Assembly: GCA_000175855.1 (NCBI GenBank)
Contig: ACYB01000042.1
Span: forward strand, 180,001 to 212,000
Length of the DNA: 32,000 nucleotides
Source: Raphidiopsis brookii D9
GTDB lineage: Bacteria > Cyanobacteriota > Cyanobacteriia > Cyanobacteriales > Nostocaceae
Reading direction: 5' to 3'
A program made the position numbers and the translations under genes. Of this stretch, positions 1 through 8,880 are shown piece by piece. The first letter of the stretch is position 1. Each line of letters starts with the position of its first letter. The notes beneath the pieces were generated by a model. That model had not been told where the DNA came from and did not search any database. It was given only the letters and a program-made list of their open reading frames with translations.

Positions 1-1002
1 AAAAGGACCTGCACCTGGTTTTCCCACCTGTCCTGTGAGGAGATGTAAATCAATAATACTTCTTACCTTAGCAGTCCCTTCAGAAGATTGGTTCACACCC
101 ATTGACCATAAAGAAAGAACAGATTGGGCTTGACCCCAATATTTAGCAGCGGTTTCTAAATCTGCCAAAGAAATACCACATCGACTGGTAACAAGATCCG
201 GAGAATAATAATTAATGACCTGGATATAATCTGGGAAATTGCTAGTGTAATTATCCACAAAATTTACATCCCAAGAATTCCATTTCACCAATAGATGGGC
301 AATACCATTCAACAAATCAATATCAGTACCTGGAACAATGGCTAAATGTAAATCAGCTGTTTTAGCGGTGGGAGTGGAACGGGGGTCAACCACCACCATT
401 TTCACGTGAGGATTTTTCTTATGATATTTAGTTAATCGATTAAAAATAATGGGGTGACATTCTGCAGTATTGGTACCTATTAAAAAAACGCAGTCAGTTA
501 ATTCCAAATCATCATAACAGCAAGGAGGACCATCAGCACCAAAACTTTGGAGATATCCAGATACTGCACTAGACATACAAAGACGGGAATTAGCATCGAA
601 GTTATTAGTTCCTAAACAACCTTTCAGTAATTTTTGGGCAATATAATAATCTTCAGTTTGAAACTGTCCAGAGCCGTACATACAGATAGATTCTGGACCA
701 TAACTAACTAAAGTTTGTTGAATATGATTTGTAATGATAGTGAAGGCTTCCTCCCAGGAAATCAGGCGAAAATCTTGTGTTAAAGATTCTCGAAACATGG
801 GATATTGCAATCTATTTTTACATATTGCTTCCGCAACAGTTGCGCCTTTAACACATACCATTCCTTGACTAGAAGGATGAGATTTATCTCCACGAACACG
901 CCAATTATCTGTAGTGAAACTTGGAGGTTGGGTAAGGGAAGAGACTTCCAGTCCACAACCCACACCACAATAGGGACAAAGTGTTTTGATAAATTCGGTC
1001 AT
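1..1002 (-). CDS. narB: Assimilatory ferredoxin-dependent nitrate reductase NarB, N-terminal 334 codons; the gene continues beyond the left window edge
   Basis: My own reverse-strand translation starts at the ATG (complement of 1000-1002): MTEFIKTLCPYCGVGCGLEVSSLTQPPSFTTDNWRVRGDKSHPSSQGMVCVKGA. It stays open to position 1, ending ...SIIDLHLLTGQVGKPGAGPF. It has the CxxCxxxC Fe-S motif of molybdopterin oxidoreductases and sits immediately downstream of nrtD. It is absent from the ORF track because there is no stop inside the window. Confidence 0.9.
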   Translation of the reverse strand, partial: MTEFIKTLCPYCGVGCGLEVSSLTQPPSFTTDNWRVRGDKSHPSSQGMVCVKGATVAEAICKNRLQYPMFRESLTQDFRLISWEEAFTIITNHIQQTLVSYGPESICMYGSGQFQTEDYYIAQKLLKGCLGTNNFDANSRLCMSSAVSGYLQSFGADGPPCCYDDLELTDCVFLIGTNTAECHPIIFNRLTKYHKKNPHVKMVVVDPRSTPTAKTADLHLAIVPGTDIDLLNGIAHLLVKWNSWDVNFVDNYTSNFPDYIQVINYYSPDLVTSRCGISLADLETAAKYWGQAQSVLSLWSMGVNQSSEGTAKVRSIIDLHLLTGQVGKPGAGPF

Positions 1003-1025
1003 ATTGGTAGATAAAAGTCGATAAA

Positions 1026-1892
1026 CTATTCTTCAACATGAGCACAACGACGATAGAGAAAATCCAGAGCATAGTTCCTCAAATGATAATATTCTGTACT
1101 TTCCATAATTTGACGACGCTGACGAGGACGAGAAAAAGGAATATCTAGTATTTCACCAATATTAGCAGCAGGTCCATTTGTCATCATGACCAATTTATCA
1201 GCTAGAAAAAGGGCTTCATCAATATCATGAGTAATCATTAACACAGTAACCTGATGATCTGACCAAATTTGCAGTAGTTCCTCTTGTAATTCTTCCTTAG
1301 TAATTGCATCCAAAGCACCAAAAGGTTCATCCAAAATCAGAACTTGAGGACGAATAGCCAAAGCACGAGCAATAGCCACCCTTTGTTTCATACCTCCTGA
1401 TATTTGATGGGGTTTCTTTTGAGCAGCTTCCGTCAGTCCTACCATACCTAAATGTTCTATGACTATAGACCGTTTTTCAGCCTGACTTTTATGAGGAAAT
1501 ACAGAGTCAACAGCAAGATAAACATTTTCAAAAACACTTAGCCAGGGAAGTAGACAATAGTTTTGAAAAACCATCATCCGGTCTGGTCCTGGTTCAGTAA
1601 CAGGTTCACCTTGCAACCAGACCATACCATTGGTAGGTTGATTGAATCCAGAAATCATATTTAACAATGTGGATTTACCACAACCAGAATGTCCAATGAA
1701 ACAAATAAATTCTCCTTCTTGGACTTTGAGACTAATGTTGTCTAAAACAGTATATGGTCCCTCGGCGGTGGGGTAAATTTTGTTCACACCGTCAATGAAT
1801 AGGAAGTCCCGTGATTTTTGGTGAGACTGTGGATTACCTAAAGCTTGAAGCTGAGTATTTTTAGGGAGATTCAATGTGGTCATGACTTTCAT
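1026..1892 (-). CDS. nrtD: Nitrate/nitrite ABC transporter ATP-binding subunit NrtD
   Basis: 288-aa ORF with Walker [13 protein letters not shown] signature [15 protein letters not shown] and Walker [12 protein letters not shown]. It is a single-domain ATPase located after nrtC and before narB. The start may be M1 (1892) or M4 (1883). Confidence 0.9.
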   Translation of the reverse strand: MKVMTTLNLPKNTQLQALGNPQSHQKSRDFLFIDGVNKIYPTAEGPYTVLDNISLKVQEGEFICFIGHSGCGKSTLLNMISGFNQPTNGMVWLQGEPVTEPGPDRMMVFQNYCLLPWLSVFENVYLAVDSVFPHKSQAEKRSIVIEHLGMVGLTEAAQKKPHQISGGMKQRVAIARALAIRPQVLILDEPFGALDAITKEELQEELLQIWSDHQVTVLMITHDIDEALFLADKLVMMTNGPAANIGEILDIPFSRPRQRRQIMESTEYYHLRNYALDFLYRRCAHVEE

Positions 1893-1948
1893 CCTTTAAT
1901 TTAGTTAATTCGGTGTTAAGTAAGTGTTAATTCAGTGAGTGGATGGCA

Positions 1949-3921
1949 CTAGACCAGAGCTTCTTCAACTCGCACCTGAGATTTAATGGCTAAACCTGTA
2001 AGATATTCTAGGGGTTGAGAGGGATTAAATGTTTTACCATCAAATAACTGAATAGATTCTTCCCTACCAATATCCAAAATGCCCACTTCTCTCGCAGCTA
2101 CACCAAAAATATCTGGACGACAAACTCGGTCAATTATTTCTACCCAGTTTTTAGGGAAAGCAATAAAACCCCATCGAGCTAATTGGGTAAGGATCCAGAG
2201 CATTTCATGACGGTTGGGATAGTTGGCTTGGTGTAGATAAAACTGATGGGAAGTTTGAGAATGTCGATGATAGTTAGTTTGATAACTTTCTAATAATTCA
2301 GAGCGTAAATTTACATGATGATCACCTATATATTGAGGTTGAGAAATCAGACTAATAATTTCTGACTCATTACGAATATCATCGCAATATTCACAAGCTG
2401 CTAGGAGCGATTTAACTAAGGATAAATGTGTTTGAGGATATTGTTGGGACCAATTTTCTGTAACTCCTAGTATTTTATCTACATGTCCCTGCCAAATATC
2501 TGAAGTTGGCAACATAATAAACCCCAAATTTTGCTCAACAGCACAGGTATTCCAGGGTTCACTAACACAATAACCATCAACTTTTCTTTCCTGGATAAAA
2601 TCAACCATTTCATCCGGTGGAATTACTATTAGTCTGACATCCTTATCTGGTTCAATACCACTTGCTGCTAACCAATAACGCAATAACAAATTTTGCATTG
2701 ATGCTGGATGAACAACTCCCAAAGTGTAAGTTTTATCAAGGTCAGTGTTGACTGTTTTTTCTAGATCTGCAGCATTTCTTACACCATTTGCCCATAGTTC
2801 TTGACTTAAAGTAATAGCACTACCGTTGCGAGATAGAGTCATTGCTGTTACCATAGGGGTTGGTGTTTTTCCCATAGCACCTAGAGTCATAGCTAATGGC
2901 ATACCAGCAACCATTTGAGCAGCATCCAGTTTAGCACTAGCTACACTTTGGGCAATATCTTGCCAATTTTTTCAGGTATTAGGTTCACCTGTAAACCACA
3001 TTCTGCGAAGAAACCTTTTTCTTGGGCAATAATTAAAGGTGCAGCTTGGGTTATAGGAAGATAACCGATTTGTAAGTGAACTTTTTCTGGTTGATTGGTG
3101 GAAATAAGGATTGGTGATATGGTTTGTTTTTGACGCTGTTTTGCCAGCTTTTGTTGGTTGAGGAAGTAGATCATTTGATTCCGCAGATTGTAATAACTGG
3201 GATGTTCAACAACCTCTAATCTTTGTCGGGGACGGGGAATAGATACTTCTAAAATTTGTCCAATGTGTGCTTCTGGTCCATTGGTTAACATGACAATTCG
3301 GTCACTTAATAATAGGGCTTCATCCACGTCATGTGTTACCATCACACAAGTGATTTTATGTTCATTACAAATTTTCATTAATTGCTCTTGCAAATTACCC
3401 CTAGTTAGAGCATCCAAAGCACCAAAAGGTTCATCCAACAATAACAATTTCGGTCTGGTAGCTAAAGCACGAGCAATGGCCACTCTTTGTTTCATCCCTC
3501 CAGATAATTGACCAGGAAGTTTTTTAGCAGCACGACGCAACCCTACTAAGTCAATATGTTCTTCAATAATTTTTTGCCGTTCTCCTACAGATAGATCCTG
3601 ATGCACCTCATCCACTGCTAAGGCAATATTGCCCTCAACTGTTAACCAGGGAAGTAAGGAATAATTTTGAAAAATTACCATTCTATCTGGACCAGGTTCT
3701 CTCACTTCTCGACCTTCTAAGGTCACTCCACCAATAGTGGCTTGATCTAGACCAGCAATAATATTGAGGAGAGTGGATTTACCACAGCCAGAATGACCGA
3801 TGAGAGAAATAAATTCTCCTTGACTAACCTTTAACTCAATATTTTTCAAAGCAATATATTTACCACCATAAGGGAGGTTGAATATTTTATCTACGTGGTC
3901 AATTTCTACGAAGGTGTTCAT
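1949..3921 (-). pseudogene. nrtC: Nitrate/nitrite ABC transporter ATP-binding/regulatory subunit NrtC, interrupted by one frameshift
   Basis: ORF 2941-3969 is the ABC ATPase domain ([35 protein letters not shown]); its likely true start is [10 protein letters not shown] at 3921. ORF 1949-2914 is the NrtA-like C-terminal domain. Reading through the run at 2967-2972 (T6 on plus, A6 in gene sense) with one extra A gives continuous ...[35 protein letters not shown].... The span is 1973 nt, which is 3n-1, so one missing base restores 657 aa, the normal NrtC size. Confidence 0.85.
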
Positions 3922-3946
3922 GGTCTTCCGGTAATTATGGTAAAAG

Positions 3947-4799
3947 TTATTTTTGCTCTTTTTGTACAATCTTCTCAGCTATAAAAGCCACTGTTCTATC
4001 TAACATCAGTCCCACTATTCCCACATAGATTAGGGCGACAATAATCTCACTCAAATTCGTATCTGTGGTAGTATTATAGGCATCCCAAATAAATGAACCT
4101 ATACCCACACCACCTACCAACATTTCTGCAGCTACAATGGCCAACCAAGATAACCCAATACCAATTCTCAGTCCGGTAAAGATATAGGGAACTGTGGCTG
4201 GGAAAACTAATTTTTAAAAAATATTTGCCCTGACGTAAACGTAAAACTCGGGCCACATTCACATAGTCTTGGGGAATATTTTGTACTCCCACAGTTGTAT
4301 TGATTAAAATTGGCCAAATTGAAGTGATAAAAATCACAAAAATCGCTGAAGGATTGGCTTGTTGAAAAGCTGCTAAGGAAATAGGTAACCAAGCTAGGGG
4401 TGGAATAGTTCTTAATACCTGGAAAATAGGGTCTACCGCATTATATAAAAATCTATTGGCACCAATTAATATGCCCAAAAAAATACCCACAATGGTAGCT
4501 AGAGAAAACCCCAATCCTACTCTCCCTAGACTGGTCAAAATCTGCCAACCTAAGCCTTTATCGCTATCACCATTATCAAAAAATGGCTTAATAATAAAGG
4601 GATCCCAGGTTTCAACAAAAGTTTCTAAAGGACCTGGTAATTGAAATCCGGGAATGGAACAGAGTAATTGCCACAACATCAAAAATATGACCAGTCCACA
4701 TAGTGGTGGTAATACCTTATGCACTAAAAATTTGTTAATTGTTCTAATTGCTTTTTGTCGTTTAGTGCTAATTTTCTGATTTGTTACCCCCACGGACAT
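3947..4799 (-). pseudogene. nrtB: Nitrate/nitrite ABC transporter permease NrtB, interrupted by one frameshift
   Basis: ORF 4074-4868 (likely real start MSVGVTNQK at 4799) is permease-like up to ...NVARVLRLRQGKYF and then becomes nonsense. ORF 3947-4144 (MAIVAAEMLVGGVGIGSFIWDAYN...) is the conserved permease C-terminus. Shifting frame at 4212-4222 (plus strand T5 followed by A6) gives ...GKYFLK-LVFPATVPYIFTGLRIGIGLSWLAIVAAEM.... The span is 853 nt (3n+1), consistent with one extra base. Confidence 0.85.
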
Positions 4800-4891
4800 C
4801 TTCTTCTTGCTCCTTATTGTGGAAATTGGTTTTGTGATTTCGTGTCTCCCATAACTCCCGTACCCCATATCAGAATTGCCCTATTTGTGGA

Positions 4892-6184
4892 CTAGACCTT
4901 TTTAATAGGTAAACTGTTTAAATATTCTTCTGGTTTTTCTGGGTCAAACTTCACCCCATCAAAAAATGTTTCTACCCCTCGCGATGAACTAGTAGGAATT
5001 TCCGCTGCAGGGACTCCTAAAGCTGTGGCCGCTTTTTTCCACAAATCTTCTCGATTTACCTGATCAACAATGGTTTTAACATCCGTATCCCTGGGTAAAT
5101 AACCCCAACGAATATCCTCAGTCAAAAACCAAATATCATGGCTCTTATAGGGGTAAGAAGCATTGTCAGCCCAGAATTTCATTCGATAGGGGAAGTTTTC
5201 TATTTTGCGACCATCTCCATAATCTATATTGCCTTTAGATCGCTCTAAAATATCTTTGACAGCAACATTGAAGTATTTTCTGTCAGCACAGATTTGGCAC
5301 ATTTCTTCCTTATTTTCATTTTTTTCGCACCATTGTTGGGCTTCCATAACTGCCATTAATAATGCTTGTGCTGCATTGGGATTTTGATCGACCCAGTCTT
5401 TCCTCATAGTAAAGGCTTTTTCTGGGTGATCCTTCCATAATTCTCCTGTAACTAAAGCTGAGTAACCCAATTTTTGACTAACCAATTGGGCATTCCATGG
5501 TTCACCTACACAAAAAGCATCCACTGTACCCACTTTCATATTGGCTACCATTTGTGGTGGTGGAACTGGCTCTAATATCACATCTTGATCAGGATTAATC
5601 CCACTAGCAGCTAACCAATAACGCACCCATAAATCATGGTTACCTCCAGGGAAGGTAATGGCAAATTTGATGGGTTTTTTTCTTGCTTTAGCCTTACTCG
5701 CTGGTTCTTTGAGCAATTCGCTCTTTAACCTCAAGTTTATAGCTTTGAATTTTTCAGCAACAGAAATGGCTTGACCATTAGTATTTAATCTAGCTAAAAT
5801 ATACATTGGTATCTTATCATTGACGGTTATTAAATAGGGCATGGGACTGAGAATATGGGCACCGTCAATACCACCACCTGATGAACCAATTTTCAGGTTG
5901 TCACGAGTTACCGGCCAGGATTTTTGCTTGCTAACCTCCACATCTGTCATGCCATATTTGGCAAAAAAACCCTTCTCTTTAGCAATAATTAGGGGAGCTG
6001 AATCCGTTAGAGCGATAAATCCCAATTTGGCCTTAGTGGTTTCTACTTTAGCTGTATTACTAATTTGGGTTGAGGAGTTGGTTCCTGACCCGGAGTTGTC
6101 AGATGCACAACCATGTGCTACAATTGTGCTAGCTGCTGCTACACCAGATGTAATCAGAAATTTTCTGCGGGAAATATTCTTCAT
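4892..6184 (-). CDS. nrtA: Nitrate/nitrite-binding periplasmic lipoprotein NrtA
   Basis: 430 aa. The N-terminus MKNISRRKFLITSGVAAASTIVAHGC looks like a lipoprotein signal. It has an NMT1/NrtA-type solute-binding fold (FIALTDSAPLIIAKEKGFFAKYGM, WVRYWLAASGINPD) and sits between nirA and nrtB. Confidence 0.9.
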   Translation of the reverse strand: MKNISRRKFLITSGVAAASTIVAHGCASDNSGSGTNSSTQISNTAKVETTKAKLGFIALTDSAPLIIAKEKGFFAKYGMTDVEVSKQKSWPVTRDNLKIGSSGGGIDGAHILSPMPYLITVNDKIPMYILARLNTNGQAISVAEKFKAINLRLKSELLKEPASKAKARKKPIKFAITFPGGNHDLWVRYWLAASGINPDQDVILEPVPPPQMVANMKVGTVDAFCVGEPWNAQLVSQKLGYSALVTGELWKDHPEKAFTMRKDWVDQNPNAAQALLMAVMEAQQWCEKNENKEEMCQICADRKYFNVAVKDILERSKGNIDYGDGRKIENFPYRMKFWADNASYPYKSHDIWFLTEDIRWGYLPRDTDVKTIVDQVNREDLWKKAATALGVPAAEIPTSSSRGVETFFDGVKFDPEKPEEYLNSLPIKKV

Positions 6185-6200
6185 TTTAACTCTCTATTAA

Positions 6201-7769
6201 CTATTTGCTATTTGTGACTGTGGTCTGAGTTTGATCTGCTGTGTGTTCGCGCACTTTTGCCCCAAACTGTTTTAGCAGGATATCTTTCAATATCGGTTGC
6301 AGGTCTTCACAAGCAACTCCTTTCTGAATACAGGTTCCTAACCTGGCATCTTTGCCAACTTTTCCACCCATATAAATGTCAACGCCTTCCAAGGTTTGCC
6401 CATTTTTTCGCACTTTGGTTCCCATTAGTCCAATATCCGCTACTTGAGGTTGTCCACAGGAGTTTGGACACCCTGTCCAGTGAATACGTACGGGTTTTGA
6501 TAGGATTAATTCCTGTTCCAAAGCTTGAGTCATGACTATGGCTCGTTTCTTAGTTTCTATGAGGGCAAAATTGCAAAACTGGGCCCCAGTGCAGGAGACA
6601 ACCGATCGCATTAATAAACCAGGACTGACACTGAATTTTTTCAATATTGGTTCGGTCAGAAGTGTATTTAATCCTGAATCGGGAATATTGGGAATGATGG
6701 CATTCTGCTCAACCGTAAACCTTATTTCCCCGCTACCATAAACTTCTGCTAGTCTGGCCAGTTGAAACATATCATCCGCAGTTAGTCTCCCCACGGGAAT
6801 GTTTAATCCTACATAATTTAACCCCGGTTGTTTTTGGGGGTAAACGCCAATGTGATCTCGTTTTTCCCAATCTATTTCATCTTTGGGCGCTGCGGTTTGC
6901 AAACTTTTTCCCCATTGTTTTTCCACTTCGTCCCGGAATTTTTCTAACCCCCATTCATCAATTAACCACATTAATCGAGCCTTTTGCCGGTTCAAACGTA
7001 ACCCATGGTCTCGAAATATTTCTACTATGGCTTTAGATAGGTTAACTACTTCTTCTGGTTTTACCCAAACATTTAAGGGAATAGCAGCTTCACAGCGTTT
7101 ACCTGAGAAAAATCCACCAACTAAAACGTTAAAACCGAATGCTTCTTTAAATGCTGGTACAAATGCCAAATCATTAATTTCTGCATGAATGGAATTATCT
7201 TTTCCTCCAGTAACCCCAATATTAAACTTACGGGGAAGATTGGTAAACTCTGGATTACCTTCCCCCCTATTAGTTAACATATCCTGTATTTGCTGCACTA
7301 GTTCTCTGGTATCATAGAACTCGTTGGCATCTAGACCCGCCAGGGGATCACCTGTAATATTACGGACATTATCCATACCAGATTGAATGCTGGTCAGCCC
7401 AACTTTGTGAAATTTGTTAAAGATATCAGGAATATCTGAAAAATCTATGCCACGAAGTTGTATATTCTGTCTAGTAGTGATGTCCGCGCTGCCTTCCATA
7501 TCGTAACGCTGTATCACTTCGGCTAAAACACACATTTGAGTGCTGGTGAGAATACCATTAGGTATCCGCATTCGCACCATAAACTTACCGGGAGTCACTG
7601 GACGAAAAAACACACCCAACCATTTTAGGCGGTGGTTGAGGTCGTTTTCTTCCATGGCTTCCCAACCTTGACGAGCAAATTCGCTGATTTCTTGTTTGAC
7701 TAGTAGTCCGTCCTTTTCAGCTTTTAATTTCTCGAACTTATTGAGCTTTTCGCTACCTGTTTCTGTCAT
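6201..7769 (-). CDS. nirA: Ferredoxin-nitrite reductase NirA
   Basis: 522 aa with nitrite/sulfite reductase siroheme-4Fe-4S cysteine clusters (VSCTGAQFCNFALIETK and HWTGCPNSCGQPQVADIG). It is the first gene of the operon and lies downstream of an NtcA-type promoter. Confidence 0.92.
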   Translation of the reverse strand: MTETGSEKLNKFEKLKAEKDGLLVKQEISEFARQGWEAMEENDLNHRLKWLGVFFRPVTPGKFMVRMRIPNGILTSTQMCVLAEVIQRYDMEGSADITTRQNIQLRGIDFSDIPDIFNKFHKVGLTSIQSGMDNVRNITGDPLAGLDANEFYDTRELVQQIQDMLTNRGEGNPEFTNLPRKFNIGVTGGKDNSIHAEINDLAFVPAFKEAFGFNVLVGGFFSGKRCEAAIPLNVWVKPEEVVNLSKAIVEIFRDHGLRLNRQKARLMWLIDEWGLEKFRDEVEKQWGKSLQTAAPKDEIDWEKRDHIGVYPQKQPGLNYVGLNIPVGRLTADDMFQLARLAEVYGSGEIRFTVEQNAIIPNIPDSGLNTLLTEPILKKFSVSPGLLMRSVVSCTGAQFCNFALIETKKRAIVMTQALEQELILSKPVRIHWTGCPNSCGQPQVADIGLMGTKVRKNGQTLEGVDIYMGGKVGKDARLGTCIQKGVACEDLQPILKDILLKQFGAKVREHTADQTQTTVTNSK

Positions 7770-7892
7770 AGGTTTTTGGGGAACAGGATGTGGTTAATTA
7801 TGGATCCATGTTCTTAAATCGTGCCAACCACCCACCGAAAAACAACTGCTGGTAGTTCTCTGGTAGGGGGTTGTAACAATTTCGATATTGAT

Positions 7893-7934
7893 AATTTAGG
7901 GCAAATTTCGGGAGGGATTCGTATACTCAGTTAC
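7893..7934 (-). promoter_or_regulatory. NtcA-activated (class II) promoter of the nirA operon: NtcA box plus -10 hexamer
   Basis: A palindromic GTATACTCAGTTAC (GTA-N8-TAC) lies at 7921-7934. On the minus strand, exactly 22 nt downstream, is TAAATT (TAN3T -10 box, complement of 7893-7898). A predicted TSS near 7886 puts the NtcA box centre at about -41.5 and gives a leader of about 117 nt. Confidence 0.75.
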
Positions 7935-7960
7935 GGAATTCTCAGAAATTCTCGGATGCT

Positions 7961-7975
7961 ATGCAGATTTTGCAT
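7961..7975. promoter_or_regulatory. Inverted repeat ATGC-N7-GCAT (LysR-type T-N11-A), a candidate NtcB-type operator upstream of the NtcA box
   Basis: The sequence ATGCAGATTTTGCAT is a perfect 5+5 inverted repeat. It lies about 40 bp upstream of the NtcA box centre relative to nirA and 35-49 bp upstream of the Rieske gene ATG, so which gene it serves is ambiguous. Confidence 0.35.
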
Positions 7976-8009
7976 TTATTATTAGCATTTTTCACATAGG
8001 AGATGATTT

Positions 8010-8444
8010 ATGAAAAGACGTGAGTTTTTCCAGTGGGTGGGTTTAAGTTTATTAGCTAGTTCTTTACCTATAGCATTTGCCGCTTTAACATCAGAGGATG
8101 ATACATTAGCATCATCAGTTTCAAATAAAGCGGCTAAAGACTGGCAAAAAATTGGGAGTGTTGCCCAATTGGATAGAACTGGGCAACTACTGGTGGAAAA
8201 TTCCCCTATAGGGGCGATTTTGGTGGTGGGAACATCTAAAAAACCAAAGAATTTAATAGCAGTTAGACCTAACTGTACCCATCAGGGTTGTACTGTGGAA
8301 TGGAAAAGTAATCAATTTGCCTGTCCTTGTCATGGAGCAAGATTTGGTGCTAATGGTAAGGTAAGGAATGGTCCAGCTGAAAAACCTTTAAGAACCTATT
8401 TGGCTAAAATCGAAGGTGGTTCTGTTTTTGTTAGATCAGTGTGA
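8010..8444 (+). CDS. Small Rieske [2Fe-2S] protein, PetC3-like, with a Tat-type signal
   Basis: 144 aa. The N-terminus MKRREFFQWVGLSLLASSLPIAFA has a twin-arginine motif. Rieske box I is CTHQGC and box II is CPCHGARF. It is divergent from nirA. Confidence 0.8.
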   Translation: MKRREFFQWVGLSLLASSLPIAFAALTSEDDTLASSVSNKAAKDWQKIGSVAQLDRTGQLLVENSPIGAILVVGTSKKPKNLIAVRPNCTHQGCTVEWKSNQFACPCHGARFGANGKVRNGPAEKPLRTYLAKIEGGSVFVRSV

Positions 8445-8472
8445 TTTTCTAACTACGAATCACACAAAAATA

Positions 8473-8535
8473 ACTTCTAGTCCAAAGAGACGGAAGTTTT
8501 TTTAAATGATGAATCCCCGTCTCTTTAAAGCGGGG
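8473..8535. terminator. Hairpin-rich convergent intergenic region, a possible terminator for the Rieske gene and/or the ArsR gene
   Basis: ACTTC (8473-8477) pairs with GAAGT (8493-8497) and is followed by a T7 run on the plus strand. There is also a perfect 10-bp inverted repeat, AAAGAGACGG (8484-8493) with CCGTCTCTTT (8517-8526), and an alternative CCCCG (8515-8519) with CGGGG (8531-8535). No strong canonical GC stem plus U-tract is present. Confidence 0.3.
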
Positions 8536-8541
8536 AGAATG

Positions 8542-8877
8542 TCAATTACACCAGGAGGTAATGGGCACAATGGGGGAATCAATCCGAATATCTTGTAAAT
8601 ATTGCTCTAGGATCTGAAATTGGCACAAATTTAAACTATAGTATATCCAGCGTCCTTCTTGGCGATTTATAACCAGATTTGTCTGTTTAAGAATTTTCAG
8701 ATGAAAAGAAAGTTTAGATTGACTAATATCTAAAGTGTTACACAAGTCACACACACATAGTTCTCGATGGCGCAACAACTCTATTACACCAATCCTAATA
8801 GGATCGGACAAAGCGTGAAAAGTCTGGGCTATGAGATGATGGTTTGTGTGCAAAGAAGTGGGCATGGACTTCTCCAA
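8542..8877 (-). CDS. ArsR/SmtB-family winged-helix transcriptional regulator
   Basis: 111 aa. The segment LSDPIRIGVIELLRHRELCVCDLCNTLDISQSKLSFHLKILKQTNLVINRQEGRWIYYSLN matches the ArsR HTH core, including the CVC metal/metalloid-sensing motif position. Confidence 0.8.
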   Translation of the reverse strand: MEKSMPTSLHTNHHLIAQTFHALSDPIRIGVIELLRHRELCVCDLCNTLDISQSKLSFHLKILKQTNLVINRQEGRWIYYSLNLCQFQILEQYLQDIRIDSPIVPITSWCN

Positions 8878-8880
8878 TAT

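Noticed and set aside
780-1014. Track ORFs 780-968 (-) and 805-1014 (+)
   Set aside because: Both lie inside narB, which I translated by hand and which is open in its own frame from 1002 to position 1. These short ORFs are out-of-frame or antisense, with low-complexity, non-conserved-looking sequence.
3263-7188. Plus-strand ORFs antisense to nrtC, nrtB, nrtA and nirA (3263-3511, 4456-4644, 5841-6200, 6257-6535, 6532-6741, 6883-7188), and the minus-strand out-of-frame ORF 4207-4392 inside nrtB
   Set aside because: They sit entirely within strongly supported minus-strand genes and have no recognisable motifs. They are typical shadow ORFs of AT-rich coding sequence.
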